DNA of 63,529 nucleotides, counting the filler, from Octopus bimaculoides (Eukaryota), in NCBI RefSeq assembly GCF_001194135.2. It is 7 parts of 7 records of this genome, joined end to end, with 100 filler letters (N's around TTAATTAATTAA, not from the genome) between each part and the next. Parts side by side here need not be neighbours in the genome. Positions count along the whole stretch, not along the records: positions 21,920 to 49,383 come from NC_068991.1; 6 more parts are not named here. The stretch is one strand, 5' to 3'. Shown here piece after piece: positions 22,161-34,931 of this stretch. Below the pieces are notes generated by a model, which saw nothing but the letters and a program-made list of their open reading frames with translations, was not told the DNA's origin and did no database searches. The translations under genes were made by a program, and so were the position numbers. Within the stretch, counting starts at the first letter, position 1. Every line of letters starts with the position of its first letter.

Positions 22161-22701
22161 CAAACACACACACACGTGCTCACAAACACAGACATGAGAC
22201 GAATTTCTTCTATTTTCCGTCTACCAAATTTACTCACAATGTTTTGGTCGGTCCATTTCTATACTGGAAAACATTTGTCTATGAATATATTTCTGTGAAT
22301 GAGAGAGTCTGATTCCGTTGCATTCTTTTTCGTGTCTTAACGTCATAAGGTTTCGCTTAAATGCTTCTTGAGTACATGAACACGCATTGCATGCTTAAAA
22401 TCTTCGCTCCAAAAACCAATAGTCTCAGGTTCTGATTCAGATGGAAGCAAACTTTGAGAGGGCTTCATATTGGTGATATCGGAGTAGGACTTTAACAAAT
22501 TTATCTGACTGAATGTTTCAACGAACAATTAATCAAACATTATGTTAGATAATTGGTTAAATGACTAACCAATTGGCTAATAATAATAAAAGAAGTGAAA
22601 TACAGCTTAATATCGCATTTCATAAATTGAACGTAATTATACCTTTTTGTCTCTGTAAATTTATATGTGTCTAGTTAATTACCTTCTATTACAACTACGT
22701 C

Positions 22702-23077
22702 GAGGCGCAATGGCCCAGTGGTTAGTGCAGCGGACTTGCGTTCATAGATTCACAGTTTCGATTGCCAGACCGGGCGCTGTGAGTGTTTATTGAGCGAAAA
22801 CACCTAAAGTTCTACAAGTCCCCGGAAGGGTATGATGGCGAACCCTGCCTCTTTCACCGCAATTTTCTCTTACTCCTTCTTCCTGTTTCTGTTGTACCTG
22901 TATTTCAAAGAGGCCAGCCTTATCACACTCTGTGTCATGCTGAAGCTCCTCAAGAACTACTTTAAGGGTACACGTGTCTGTGGAGAGCTCAACCACTTGC
23001 ACGTTAATTTCACGAGCAGGCTGTTCCGTTGATCGGATCAGCTGGAACCCTCGTCGTCGAGACCGACCGAGTGCCAC
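22702..23077 (+). mobile_element. Full-length tRNA-derived SINE, family C, with 11-bp TSD
   Basis: Head GAGGCGCAATGGCCCAGTGGTTAG..GTTTCGATTGCC. ATTACAACTAC at 22688-22698 and 23079-23089. Homologous copies at 53045-53266 and 55941-56308. Confidence 0.95.
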
Positions 23078-24770
23078 GATTACAACTACACACTTACAAA
23101 CACATACGCGCACTCGCACACAAACGCACATGCATATAGTTCAATCTGACCGGTTAAATAATTTTGTCTGATATAAATATTTTCAAGAAATATCTTGATC
23201 TTTTGCTGTCCAAGGTCACAAATGAACAGCTATTACGACAAGAAACTCATAAGAGGGCAGCACTATAGAACTCCCTCCGTCACCAAACGCCAATCATAAA
23301 AGAGTGGCCATTGAAAAGGTAATAACACAGCCGTTGTCTCCGCATGACCACGGCGTTTGAGCTGAAACGCACAAAAGAACAGAAGAATTGGAAAAATCTA
23401 TTTTTACTATTTCTTCAGATAAAATGCTTTACCAATCTAGATGCGATAATGTTCGCATGTTTGCATGTCGTTACTGAAATATATAAATGGAATTTCTTCA
23501 CACGAGATTTACCAATTTCTTACACTCCAAAGCATATTCAATTCCGAAAGGATTAAAGTTATCCAATCGGTAAACCGAGAATGCAAGAAATCAGACTTTC
23601 TGCGGTCGGTTGATCTGCTAGAAATATCAGAGGAATCGTTAGGATGTCGAAACAAACCGAGGAAACGTACATTTGTAAATGAAGTCACTCATATGAAAAT
23701 AAACACAATGGTCGTGGCTGGAACGTCGATGAAAATATATTTATTTACCTAGACGTGATAAATATCCTAGTGAGGTGTATACTGCAGGCTCCTCGTCAGG
23801 TCAAGGGTGTCTTCAATAAATGAAAGTTTACATTATCGCAAGGAGGTACATGTTAAAGCATGGAAGATTCAATCAGAATGTGTAGACGGCACGGTAGGGG
23901 GAGAGAACATAAATGTAGAAGGAAATTGGTGGTATAAAAAAGAAAATAGAAAAGAAAAAGACAAAGGAATAAAAACGTCAGGAAGTGGGAGATTTGAGGA
24001 ATTTAAAAATGGTCATTTGACTGGTAGTTTTCAATAGGGATAGTTCGACTGAGTGGTAGAGATTTGTGAAGGGAGTGGGATATGAAAAAAAGTATAGAGG
24101 GAAGAGGAAGCGAAAACATTTGTGGTCAAGGGGGGAGGGAGAAACATTTGTGGTGAAGTATGTTTAAAGTGAAGGGTAGTATTAGAATTGGAATTCAAGG
24201 CAGAATATGGAGTAATTGTAGTGATTACTACAAGCTAGAAACTAAGGAATATATATTGTTGCGTGTGATCGCGAGTGTTTACGGTGTGAAATTGTAGAGG
24301 TGTATGTGAACGTATGTACTTTCCGGTTTACAATGTGAGAGGAGGCAGGTAAACTAAGATAAAAAAAACAGGGTATAAATGGTAAGGAAAGATGAATAGA
24401 AATATATGAAAAAAAAGGAGTTAAAGGGAATATAATGGGAATACATTGATGGTTCAATATATAGTGGTTGTGAGGGCAAATAAGGGAGATATATCTATGA
24501 AAGTTGGGGGAAGGATGCGGACCGAATGCTACGAGTCGGATATATGTCCCCCTCCCTGGGGTCGAGTAATAGCCATTTCAAAAACATCCGTTCTATCTGC
24601 TGCACTCGGTACTTCACCATTGTGTCTATGAGTATTTCTACGTGTAAATGAATGTTTATATGTATGTATGTTGGCATGTATCTATGTATGTGTGTACGTA
24701 CAATATTTATCCGTACATGTTTGTAAGTATATGTGATATTTTAATATCTATAAACATTATATTTTGTCAG

Positions 24771-24818
24771 ATGACATGCAGGGCTACGTCTATTTGTTGA
24801 AGTTCAAACTAACGCCTG
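24771..24818 (+). CDS. Candidate internal micro-exon (48 nt, phase 1/1) of an unidentified gene
   Basis: Acceptor attatattttgtcag, donor CTG/gtgagt. Reads (D)DMQGYVYLLKFKLTP and joins in phase to 26902. Confidence 0.55.
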
Positions 24819-25386
24819 GTGAGTGAGAGCTAATAATTGAACTGTCAACAATGCGCTTGTTCTATAAAAGTGATTGGATATTTTTCCGACGAAGATGGCG
24901 TTCACCTATTTTCAATAACGGCAAAGATTTGTAGGCTTCTGCAAGACATTGTCTGTGTAAGATGTCGAAGGGATATGAATATATAAGTACAAAGTACACT
25001 TGTATGAGCATATGTTTATGTGCAAACGTGCGTGTTTATGCATTATGTATGTATATATACATAAACACATATATATGCATATATTGCATGTATATATATA
25101 TATATATATATATGCAAATATTTGTATATATATATGCATATATATATATATATATATANNNNNNNNNNNNNNNNNNNNNNNNNNNNNNNNNNNNNNNNNN
25201 NNNNNNNNNNNNNNNNNNNNNNNNNNNNNNNNNNNNNNNNNNNNNNNNNNNNNNNNNNNNNNNNNNNNNNNNNNTACATGCATATATTTTTATATGTATA
25301 GATGAGTGCATACATATGTGTTTGTATATAGGTATATATATGTATTTGTATATATATATATATATATATATATTATATTTACATAA

Positions 25387-25432
<46 letters not shown>

Positions 25433-25577
25433 GCGAGCACGTGTATGTAGTTCTATGTAAATACATGTGTAAACATGTATGTATATTTACTTTGTGTTTG
25501 TATGTATTGCTATATGTGTGCACATATATGGAGAGTTACATTTGTATGTATGCATCCATATATATATATATATATAT

Positions 25578-25580
<3 letters not shown>

Positions 25581-25638
<58 letters not shown>
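25581..25638. repeat. (GATA)n microsatellite
   Basis: Perfect run. Confidence 0.97.
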
Positions 25639-26077
25639 CAAGTACATTCATATTTATTGATTATAGACACGTACTCATGTGCTTGTGTTAATTTGTATGT
25701 GAGTATATTTCTCTTTGTGTATATGTGTATGGATGCGTTTGTGCGAGCAGCAATGCGCCTACATTTGAGAATGGTGTTTGAGTAATCATGAATATTAGTT
25801 GTAACGTCTGATGTGTTTGATCGTTTTGCTAACATCTTCTATGGTATTTCCTTTCACTTGTAATTGCAATGCAGTTGACCAGACGAGGTGAAAACATTAC
25901 TGATTCACGTGGATTTCAGACATGCACTGTCAACGCGTCTAGTGTTTATATTCTTAATTATATTTCCAACTAGAGTGCGAGCGACTGCGACAGTCAGTAG
26001 TAGGTTTCCAAGAGAAAGAATTTCACGTGAATCACTTACATGTGATTATATGAACGCGTCAATGTTGAGAGAATATT

Positions 26078-26270
26078 CTTTTCTACTCTGGGTACAAGGC
26101 CCAAAATTTTAGATCGACACCAGTGCATAACTGGTATTTAATTTATCGACCCCAAAAGGATGAAAGATAAAGTCGACCTCGGCGGAATTTGAACTTACAA
26201 CGTGGAAACAGACGATATACCATTAAGCATTTTGCTCGGCGTGCTAACGTTTCTGACAGCTCACTGCCTT
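26078..26270 (-). mobile_element. Full-length SINE family A with 17-bp flanking direct repeat
   Basis: AATGTTGAGAGAATATT at 26061-26077 and 26271-26287. Confidence 0.93.
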
Positions 26271-26381
26271 AATGTTGAGAGAATATTAACTGATATGAAC
26301 ATTGAAAAAGTTTCTCATCTTGTACAGACAGAATGGTCGAGAATGCCACAACCTTAGTTGTGGCATTACATTTTTACCATT

Positions 26382-26580
26382 GAGGCGGCGAACTTGTAGA
26401 AACGTCAGTCTTTACGTTCTGAGTTCAAATTCCACCGAGGTCAACTTTGTCTTTCATCCTTTAGGAGTCGATTAAATAAGTATCTGTTAGGCACTGGGGT
26501 CGATGTAATCGACTTAATCTCTTTGTCTATCCTCGTTTGTCCCCTCTATGTTTAGCCCCTTGTGCGCACCAAAGAAATAA
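26382..26580 (+). mobile_element. SINE family A, head-internal deletion, alternative tail
   Basis: GAGGCGGCGAACT..GTTCTGAGTTCAAATTCCACCGAGGTCAAC; tail shared with 34860-34931. Confidence 0.88.
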
Positions 26581-26631
26581 TTACTTTTGAAATATTTACT
26601 AAAGAATGAACGATATTCTTTATTAATGTTT

Positions 26632-26840
26632 AGGGGAGAATGGTTGACACACCGAGCATAATGATTAGCGGTATTTCGTTCATCTTCATATTCCGAGTAC
26701 AAATTCCTCCGAGGTCAACTTTGCCTTTCGTCCATTTCGGGGTCGATAAAATAAGTACGAGTTAAATACTGAAGTCGATGTAATTGACTTACCCCACCTC
26801 CAAGATTGTTGGCATTGTGTGCAAATTTGAAACTAATATT
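26632..26840 (+). mobile_element. SINE family A
   Basis: TTAGCGGTATTTCG..CCGAGGTCAACTTTGCCTTTCGTCC..GGGGTCGATAAAATAAGTAC..AAATTTGAAACTAATATT. Confidence 0.85.
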
Positions 26841-26901
26841 TAGAGGATACGTGTGTGTGGTTTTGAAATTTGCTTTGCAAATACGTGTTTTCTTCTCGCA
26901 G

Positions 26902-26939
26902 ATGGCACTTGGAAAGATAGACTTGTCATATTGCCGAAG
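26902..26939 (+). CDS. Candidate internal micro-exon (38 nt, phase 1/0)
   Basis: Strong acceptor gtgttttcttctcgcag, donor AAG/gtaata. Reads (D)GTWKDRLVILPK in frame with the 24771-24818 exon. Confidence 0.55.
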
Positions 26940-28758
26940 GTAATAATTTGTGAATAGAATTCAGCAGGTAAAATGTGCTTAACTAAAGGACGTCGCACAG
27001 TGATAAGGCTTCAAGGAAGTTATAATTGAAAGGTCGAATGGTGTAGGCAGATGTTAATATAATTTATTTGGAGTAGTACAGTGTGATTAAAGAATCTACT
27101 TCATGAAATATCCAACCAAATCAAAGTATTTCTTAGCCATTAGCTAGTAGGTCCAAGCACTGCCAGCAACCAAGTCTTCGAATTCCAGAGCAGGTGTACG
27201 AAGACGTTGCTCTGTCTGGAACCATTTATTTGACGCAATGATCGATTTTTCGGACACGTTTCTTAATATTCAATCCGCATCGATGCGGATATTCTGAACT
27301 ATCTTTTCTGGAAATCTTTCAAATCAACTATTATGAACCATTTCTCAAATATTTGTGCCGACGGACATGTCTACCTCGATATAAGCCCTGTATTCTATAC
27401 TGTTTTAATGTGATGGACGGCAAACTTCCATCGATGCTCTAGCTTAGTGCCCACGTTGTACTACTTCAAAGATGTCGCCCGGTTGCTATCCCATGGTTCG
27501 AGTTACACCCACTGGTCATTGTGAAGATATCTTTTTGACAAGGAAAAGCATCTTGTGCCTCCACTGTTTGCAGTTTATGAATAAATTATTTTCCTGTACG
27601 GTGTTGAAACAGCTGAGAACAATGTCGTCTGCCCCGTTTATTTTCATTGATTTTGAAGTAACATTGTTTCAGCGTAGAAGATAGTGAAACATGTATTCTT
27701 TTCTCCTTATTTGTCCTTCGTTGTCTGTATTCCACATCGGGAGCTAATGTCTAATGTTTTGAAAACATGAACAGAGTCCTTAGTTATTTTCTGCTGATGT
27801 AGATTAATTTGAATTAATTTTGTGGCTGTTGCGATGAGAGTCACGACGCCCCGTTGCAAGAAATAGACTGGACCGGGCGATCATAAGTAGTTGCGGTCGG
27901 AGTGAAGTTAGTTCGAGTTCGAAGTGAAGTCGGAAGGAGTCGGTTGGTTATTTCGTTTGGAATATTGATTGATGATTCCTGCAGAGATTGTTCGATTCTT
28001 ACGTTTATTATTACGGCTGCATCGTTATCACAATGTCGTGGCGGCACCACGAAATTTGGAGACGGAGGATACAACAGTGTCTTTTATGTTTATATCACTA
28101 TGGAGCGTGTCCCTGACACTCGAATTTCTGTTCTTATTTTTAGTTGATGTTTAAAGTTTCGCTGCTTTTTAGATTCCCATTCTTTCAATATTTCCAAACT
28201 TCCCACGTTACTATGTTCAATATATAGTTTTAGACCCTATCACTCTCACACACACACACTTCTTTTCTCCCTCTCTCTCTCTCTCTCCCCTCATGCTCTC
28301 TCCCTCATTCTATGGAGCGCTCTCTCTCTCTCTTTTTCTCACCTCTTCTCTGTGTCTCTGATATTAAGGTGCTTGCGTAGTTTCAGATTCAATCCAGTTC
28401 GGTTTTTTTTTTCTTCTTTTAGACAATATACTAATAGCAAGACTTATTTCGTTTCATATTACTTCATTTGTCGACTGATCCCTCTTCGCCCTTTGACGTT
28501 TAAATCTTCTGTTTTGCTATTTCTGTTGTTCGTAATTTTATTGTTTAATACTTTTTCGTAGTTTGCATTTATATATCTTTTGTTTATTTGTCCTTTCAGA
28601 AGAAATGTTGCTTGTACACATTTAGCATAACCTCTTTAAATATGCAATAATATATTTAGAATAGATTAGAGTAGAAACTTCTCTCCCATATTAACTCTAT
28701 ATGTTGGGGTTAGCCTCGTTAGGAGGTTAAAGTTACAAGTGCGCTACATACATATATA

Positions 28759-28803
<45 letters not shown>

Positions 28804-29427
28804 GTATATATATTATTGTACAACACATTTCTTTAGGTAGGGACTATTTATGACCTTTTTGTTTTATGTGTAAATACAAGTAAAAATGTTTATTCGTTTC
28901 TCATAACGTAGAATTTCCAAGCCCTTTATTTTTTTATATTACTTGCTTACCAGGTTCCTTGACTATACGGAACAATTTCTTCTGTTTCTAATTTGTTTTT
29001 CTGGAAGTATTCGGGGGCTATTTATATTAATCTGCAATCATTTCCTGCTATATACTTATATAAACTCACAATAACTGCCTTATAGTAATTCTGTAATTAC
29101 ACGACGCCTTTCTGCCCGTTGCCAGCGGTAAATATAACCTGTCGGTATCCACTTTGATGTCGTTTGTTCTAAACATAGTCATTATTTTCCTTATTTATGT
29201 TTGTATTGTACCTGATCTGTCTAGCACGTACATCTGTGAATTTATTCCGATCAAATTATAGCTGTTTACAGATATAAAATTACGGCTGATCCTCATTACT
29301 AGACTGTACTTCCACTTTCACTATCAGATGTCGTTATTTCCATTTATTCTAGATATTTGTCCTTATTCTCAACCCTTAATTCTACTGTATTTATCTGGCC
29401 TTCTTTTATGTAGCTTTCCTCTTGCTA

Positions 29428-29465
29428 TGATTATTATTATTATTATCATTATTATTATAATTATA

Positions 29466-29506
<41 letters not shown>

Positions 29507-29507
29507 G
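29428..29507. repeat. (ATT)n microsatellite
   Basis: Near-perfect run; similar arrays at 29750-29879 and 32004-32066. Confidence 0.95.
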
Positions 29508-29808
29508 GAGTGAGAGAAAGGTGTATGCCGTCAAAGTGACACCGGCGTAAAATATAGGAAGCCCAGAATACTCACCGTGACTACCCGTCTGCAAAGAGCA
29601 CACAAGTCACATGCGCCACAACCATGTGTACGCCACATGGTGATCTCATATCAATATAAACACTACATGACCTTGCAGGTGGGGACCAGTTAGAATATTC
29701 TCCGTGTCGAGTAGCCTATCCTGCTCAAAGTTCCTTGAATAAGGGTTGTTATTATAGTTATTATTATTATTGTTGCTGTTGCTGTTATGGTTGTTGTTGT
29801 TATTATTA

Positions 29809-29872
<64 letters not shown>

Positions 29873-30299
29873 TATTATGCTGTTTTTTTCTTCTTTCCTC
29901 AAATTTTCTTCCATTTCTCACCGAGTGTTTTCCGTACACCTAGGGCAGAGAAGTTCATTGTATGCATTCCCAGTTTACACACGCAAATTCATAGGTAAAA
30001 TATGTATTTAAAAAAAAGAAAAAAATTAATAAAATAATGTCTGGAAATCTCATGACATACTGAGATTGTTGAAAAAATCGATAATAGGGCCCTTGGAATG
30101 GATGCTTATATATATCTTATATATTTTCTTTTAACAGCCAAGGGAAATAACCCATTTAAATTCCTAAATTATTTGGGGTAAATTAAATTGAGTATGCTTA
30201 TTTCTTAGTATTTGAACTGTTCGCAATTTATCCAGTACAACCCTTAAACAAGTAAATAGTATTTTCCTAAATAACAGACCCATTTATTTCGGTTAGCGA

Positions 30300-31620
30300 C
30301 TTATTCACGAATATACCAACACTAGCGCCGCCGTGGGCAATATTATCTGGGAACGCATAAAAGACCTTTGCAGAGTTATTTACTTTGAATTGTTATTATC
30401 TCATATCCTTGGGGTTTTGCATCAGTGCTACCGTTTCCTTGGCTAATGCCTTGCGGATTCGTATAAGTATATTCAACCAATAATTTGGGATTTGATCGAC
30501 TCCTGGCGAGTTCCGTTTGTGTGTTTTGTTAATGGCCTGTCTAAGCTCTGCCACTTTATTTTCTATCCATTGTTGTTATTTCATATTATTCACGGTTTTT
30601 ATTTTCCCTGTTGTTTCAACCCGTTTCCTCATTATATTCTTTTCACTTACTCCAAATTTCCACCCGTAAAATTTCTATTCTTCATTTCTATTGAGTGCAT
30701 GCTTTATTTCTAGTATTCGTTTCCCCCATTTCTTTTTAAAATTTCTTTGTGTCTGTTTGGAAAATCTAGTTTTGTCTATGGAATTTACTTCTTTATTCTT
30801 ATCATCTAGCCCGTTCTGCTTTGACTGGTACGAGTTGGTTCCAACTGTCTTTGATGTAGGGACACTTAGTTCATCTGTTATTTTGTATTTTCCGTCTGTG
30901 TTTCATGCTTTGCCAATCTTGACATTTATTCCCTTCGAAAGGTCATTTTAAGAATATACAATCCTCCTCAAGATGCTTAATTTATCTTTTATCTTTTTTG
31001 TATTTTGATTTTCTACTTGGTTGGCTGTTGACATGTTTGTTATTTCATTTATTTTAAGTACAATTTTGTTACTCAAAGCCTTCACTGTAGAGTATATAAC
31101 ATTACTGATGTTGTCTCTCAATATTTCCTTCATTGTTGCGTTACATACTTTAAACTTATATGTTTTCGAATTTTGGCAGCTAGTCTCTGTCGTTCGTTTC
31201 AGTGCATAAGTTTATATTCAATTCTCCAAAGATGACTTATTCGTCTGCTCTGATTTCTCTCTTATGTCCTTCCATAACTGAAATATCATCTTCATTGCCT
31301 TCCTTTTCTAAGACCTCATTATTGGCTTCATAATTTTCCTAGTTTCCGATCTCACTTTCGTTTTGATAGATTGGTTCCTTAGTCATGTAATATAGAAGAA
31401 TATTTGCATTTTTTAGTTTCATTTTGTAAAACCTCTTCATATGCTTCAATTTTGGACCCTTATTACATTCGGTTCAGTCTCTGTGAGTCTTTTTCTTTCC
31501 GTGTATATCCCTACGTGTACAGCCTAGCTTATTGGCGCTCATATTTTGTCATTCGATGTATATCTGTTCTATGATACTACGTTAAGGTCTTTTAGCGCTG
31601 TTCAAAATACTTTCAATAAC
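30300..31620 (-). mobile_element. Decayed R4/Dong-type LINE ORF, N-terminal to pre-RT region
   Basis: Minus-strand remnants: MSANKLGCTRRDI; VKAERAR**E*RSKFHRQN*IFQTDTKKF*KEMGK; NSPGVDQIPNYWL (family motif W.APG.D.I.N.W). Many stops. Confidence 0.7.
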
Positions 31621-32004
31621 GACGCATGCGCTTTACCATACAAAATGTTGATTTGTCTCACTATATTCCATTAGGTTCTTTCCATAACCCTGTGCATGAT
31701 AGACATCCACACATCTTTTGCTTTCCAAATTTACTCGAGAAATACTCATTCTGGGTCTATAGCGGACCACAGAACCAGGAACTACGAGGTTGCAAACCGA
31801 AGTTCTTCACCCAATAACGACGCATGCGCCTTAGCATATACAAGATGTTAATTTGTCTCACTATATTCCATTAGATTCATTCCCTAACCCTTATTTTCTG
31901 CGTATCCTTGAATATTTTCTATCCCTGTTTTCTCAGAGGCGACTTGTAGTGTATTTATGTGGGCTTCTAACGAATGAAAATGTCAGGTATATTTTTGATT
32001 TTGC

Positions 32005-32066
<62 letters not shown>

Positions 32067-33254
32067 GCTGAACTGTTATTGTTATCGTTATAATCATCGA
32101 CAAGATTTTAATAAATACCTACATATATCTATCTATCTATCTATCTACGTATCTACCTATCTATCAATACATATATATGCACACGCACACACACACACAT
32201 ATATATATATATNNNNNNNNNNNNNNNNNNNNNNNNNNNNNNNNNNNNNNNNNNNNNNNNNNNNNNNNNNNNNNNNNNNNNNNNNNNNNNNNNNNNNNNN
32301 NNNNNNNNNNNNNNNNNNNNNNNNNNNNNNNNNNNNNNNNNNNNNNNNNNNNNNNNNNNNNNNNNNNNNNNNNNNNNNNNNNNNNNNNNNNNNNNNNNNN
32401 NNNNNNNNNNNNNNNNNNNNNNNNNNNNNNNNNNNNNNNNNNNNNNNNNNNNNNNNNNNNNNNNNNNNNNNNNNNNNNNNNNNNNNNNNNNNNNNNNNNN
32501 NNNNNNNNNNNNNNNNNNNNNNNNNNNNNNNNNNNNNNNNNNNNNNNNNNNNNNNNNNNNNNNNNNNNNNNNNNNNNNNNNNNNNNNNNNNNNNNNNNNN
32601 NNNNNNNNNNNNNNNNNNNNNNNNNNNNNNNNNNNNNNNNNNNNNNNNNNNNNNNNNNNNNNNNNNNNNNNNNNNNNNNNNNNNNNNNNNNNNNNNNNNN
32701 NNNNNNNNNNNNNNNNNNNNNNNNNNNNNNNNNNNNNNNNNNNNNNNNNNNNNNNNNNNNNNNNNNNNNNNNNNNNNNNNNNNNNNNNNNNNNNNNNNNN
32801 NNNNNNNNNNNNNNNNNNNNNNNNNNNNNNNNNNNNNNNNNNNNNNNNNNNNNNNNNNNNNNNNNNNNNNNNNNNNNNNNNNNNNNNNNNNNNNNNNNNN
32901 NNNNNNNNNNNNNNNNNNNNNNNNNNNNNNNNNNNNNNNNNNNNNNNNNNNNNNNNNNNNNNNNNNNNNNNNNNNNNNNNNNNNNNNNNNNNNNNNNNNN
33001 NNNNNNNNNNNNNNNNNNNNNNNNNNNNNNNNNNNNNNNNNNNNNNNNNNNNNNNNNNNNNNNNNNNNNNNNNNNNNNNNNNNNNNNNNNNNNNNNNNNN
33101 NNNNNNNNNNNNNNNNNNNNNNNNNNNNNNNNNNNNNNNNNNNNNNNNNNNNNNNNNNNNNNNNNNNNNNNNNNNNNNNNGCGTCTGTGTGTATGAACTG
33201 GTAAATTTGTGAGCTGGTAATGTGTTTATTTAATGTAGACTATCCCATTTTCTC

Positions 33255-33302
<48 letters not shown>

Positions 33303-33439
33303 TTCATTTATTTGCCACAAGGGCGAAGGATAAAGGGGACAATACAGAGACAGCCATAAAGTGTGGGGGTTTACATATAATAATGAAATGATAAAAAATA
33401 ATGATATTATTATTATTATTATTATCAGTAGCATTACCA

Positions 33440-33476
<37 letters not shown>

Positions 33477-33490
33477 CAGTAGCATTATCA

Positions 33491-33585
<95 letters not shown>

Positions 33586-33586
33586 G
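33255..33586. repeat. Compound (AAT)n/(ATT)n arrays with a SINE-A tail relic (33300-33375) and a ~54-bp duplication
   Basis: ATTATCAGTAGCATTA occurs twice; long ATT runs. Confidence 0.85.
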
Positions 33587-33884
33587 GAAGGGTTAAGAAC
33601 AAATTACACACAAAATACATGCCCACCAGCAAAATCACTGAAATAACACCAAGAACAACAAAAATAAAATAGACTTCCGCCTCCACAATCCAAAATGCTG
33701 TAATACCCACGTCAACAACGCTACCAACAATTTCAGAAGCAACGCAAGCAAATACAAATAGAAGACCACATCAGATCAACATCGTTACAAGATAAACAAC
33801 TGTGGGCTCATGGAGATGGTAACAAAATAATGTAAAGACGAAATAGCAGAAGTAGGCTGAAGGACTTGATAAATTCATCTTCAA

Positions 33885-34049
33885 AATACTCCGACCCCCA
33901 GTGTTCTACTGATACCTATTTTATCGACCCCGAAAGCAGGAATGGTGAAATCGACTTCGACTGAATTTGAACACAGAACGTTTAGTCGAACGAAATTCCG
34001 CTAAGAGTTTTGCCCGGTGTGTTAACGATTCTACCAGCTCGCCGCCATC
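33885..34049 (-). mobile_element. SINE family A
   Basis: TTTTATCGACCCCGAAAG..GAATTTGAACACAGAAC..ACGATTCTACCAGCTCGCCGCC. Confidence 0.85.
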
Positions 34050-34697
34050 TAAATATAAATTATTAATAAAAAATATCAGCAGACGCTTATATTACTCTAT
34101 TGGAGTTTTTAGAAAAAGAATACACACGGCACTATTACAAAACGCTCCTGACATGACTCCTACCCACATGAAGAATAGAGAAAAACTGTGTTTCTCGAAG
34201 ATAATGGTAAGTGACCTCTGCCTCTATTTTCTTCTATGGACACGGTGTCATTCAAAGCAGAGTTTGTAATAGCATGCAGATTTTGATTAGCTCGGAAACG
34301 AAGTTATTTCCTCAATGGCTTTACACAGCTATACATATTAAGCCATCACCGAGACCAGAACTTCTGGAACGCACGCATCTAAACCCGTTTGTGATGACTA
34401 CAGCCATACATATTTTGCGTTCAGACAGAATTGGGTGGAGGAGCGGCACAGTTATTTCGGAATATACAACGTTTAGAAATACAGGTGTTCTTGTATCTGG
34501 GAGGGGTTACCGAACGTAACTGGCAGTTTTCTACAAAGCAGCGTTTCTACAATCGGGAATGCTTTTTCACCTACCAAAGACGATTAGTCTGCTTTCTTTG
34601 GACGTCCAGAATTTTCCTAGGAAAAAGTCTTTCCTCAGAATATTCGTTGCAAGGCTATCATCTGAAACAGTTCCAAAAGTAGAAGGCGGTACAATAA

Positions 34698-34931
34698 AAG
34701 GGCGGTGAACTGGCAGAATCGATAGCACACCGGGCGAAATACCTAGCAGTATTTCGTCTGCCGTTATGTTCTGAGTTCAAATTCCGCCGAGGTTGACTTT
34801 ACCTTTCATTCTTTCGGGGGTCGATTAAATAAGTACCAGTTACGCACTGGGGTCGATGTAATCGACTTAATCCCTTTGCTTGTTCTTGCTAGTCCCCTCT
34901 GTGTTTAGCCCCCTGTGGGTAATAAAGAAAC
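34698..34931 (+). mobile_element. Full-length SINE family A
   Basis: AGGGCGGTGAACTGGCAGAATCG..GAGTTCAAATTCCGCCGAGG..AATAAAGAAAC. Confidence 0.93.

Noticed and set aside
22702-22780. SINE heads as tRNA genes (also 13485-13557, 53190-53266, 62848-62919)
   Set aside because: A/B boxes are present, but there is no complete cloverleaf or acceptor stem and they continue into repeat bodies.
28600-28650. Possible next or terminal exon KKCCLYTFSITSLNMQ* after the micro-exons
   Set aside because: The acceptor is good and YTFSITSL recalls an FN3 E strand, but a stop follows with no donor. It is indistinguishable from chance without RNA data.
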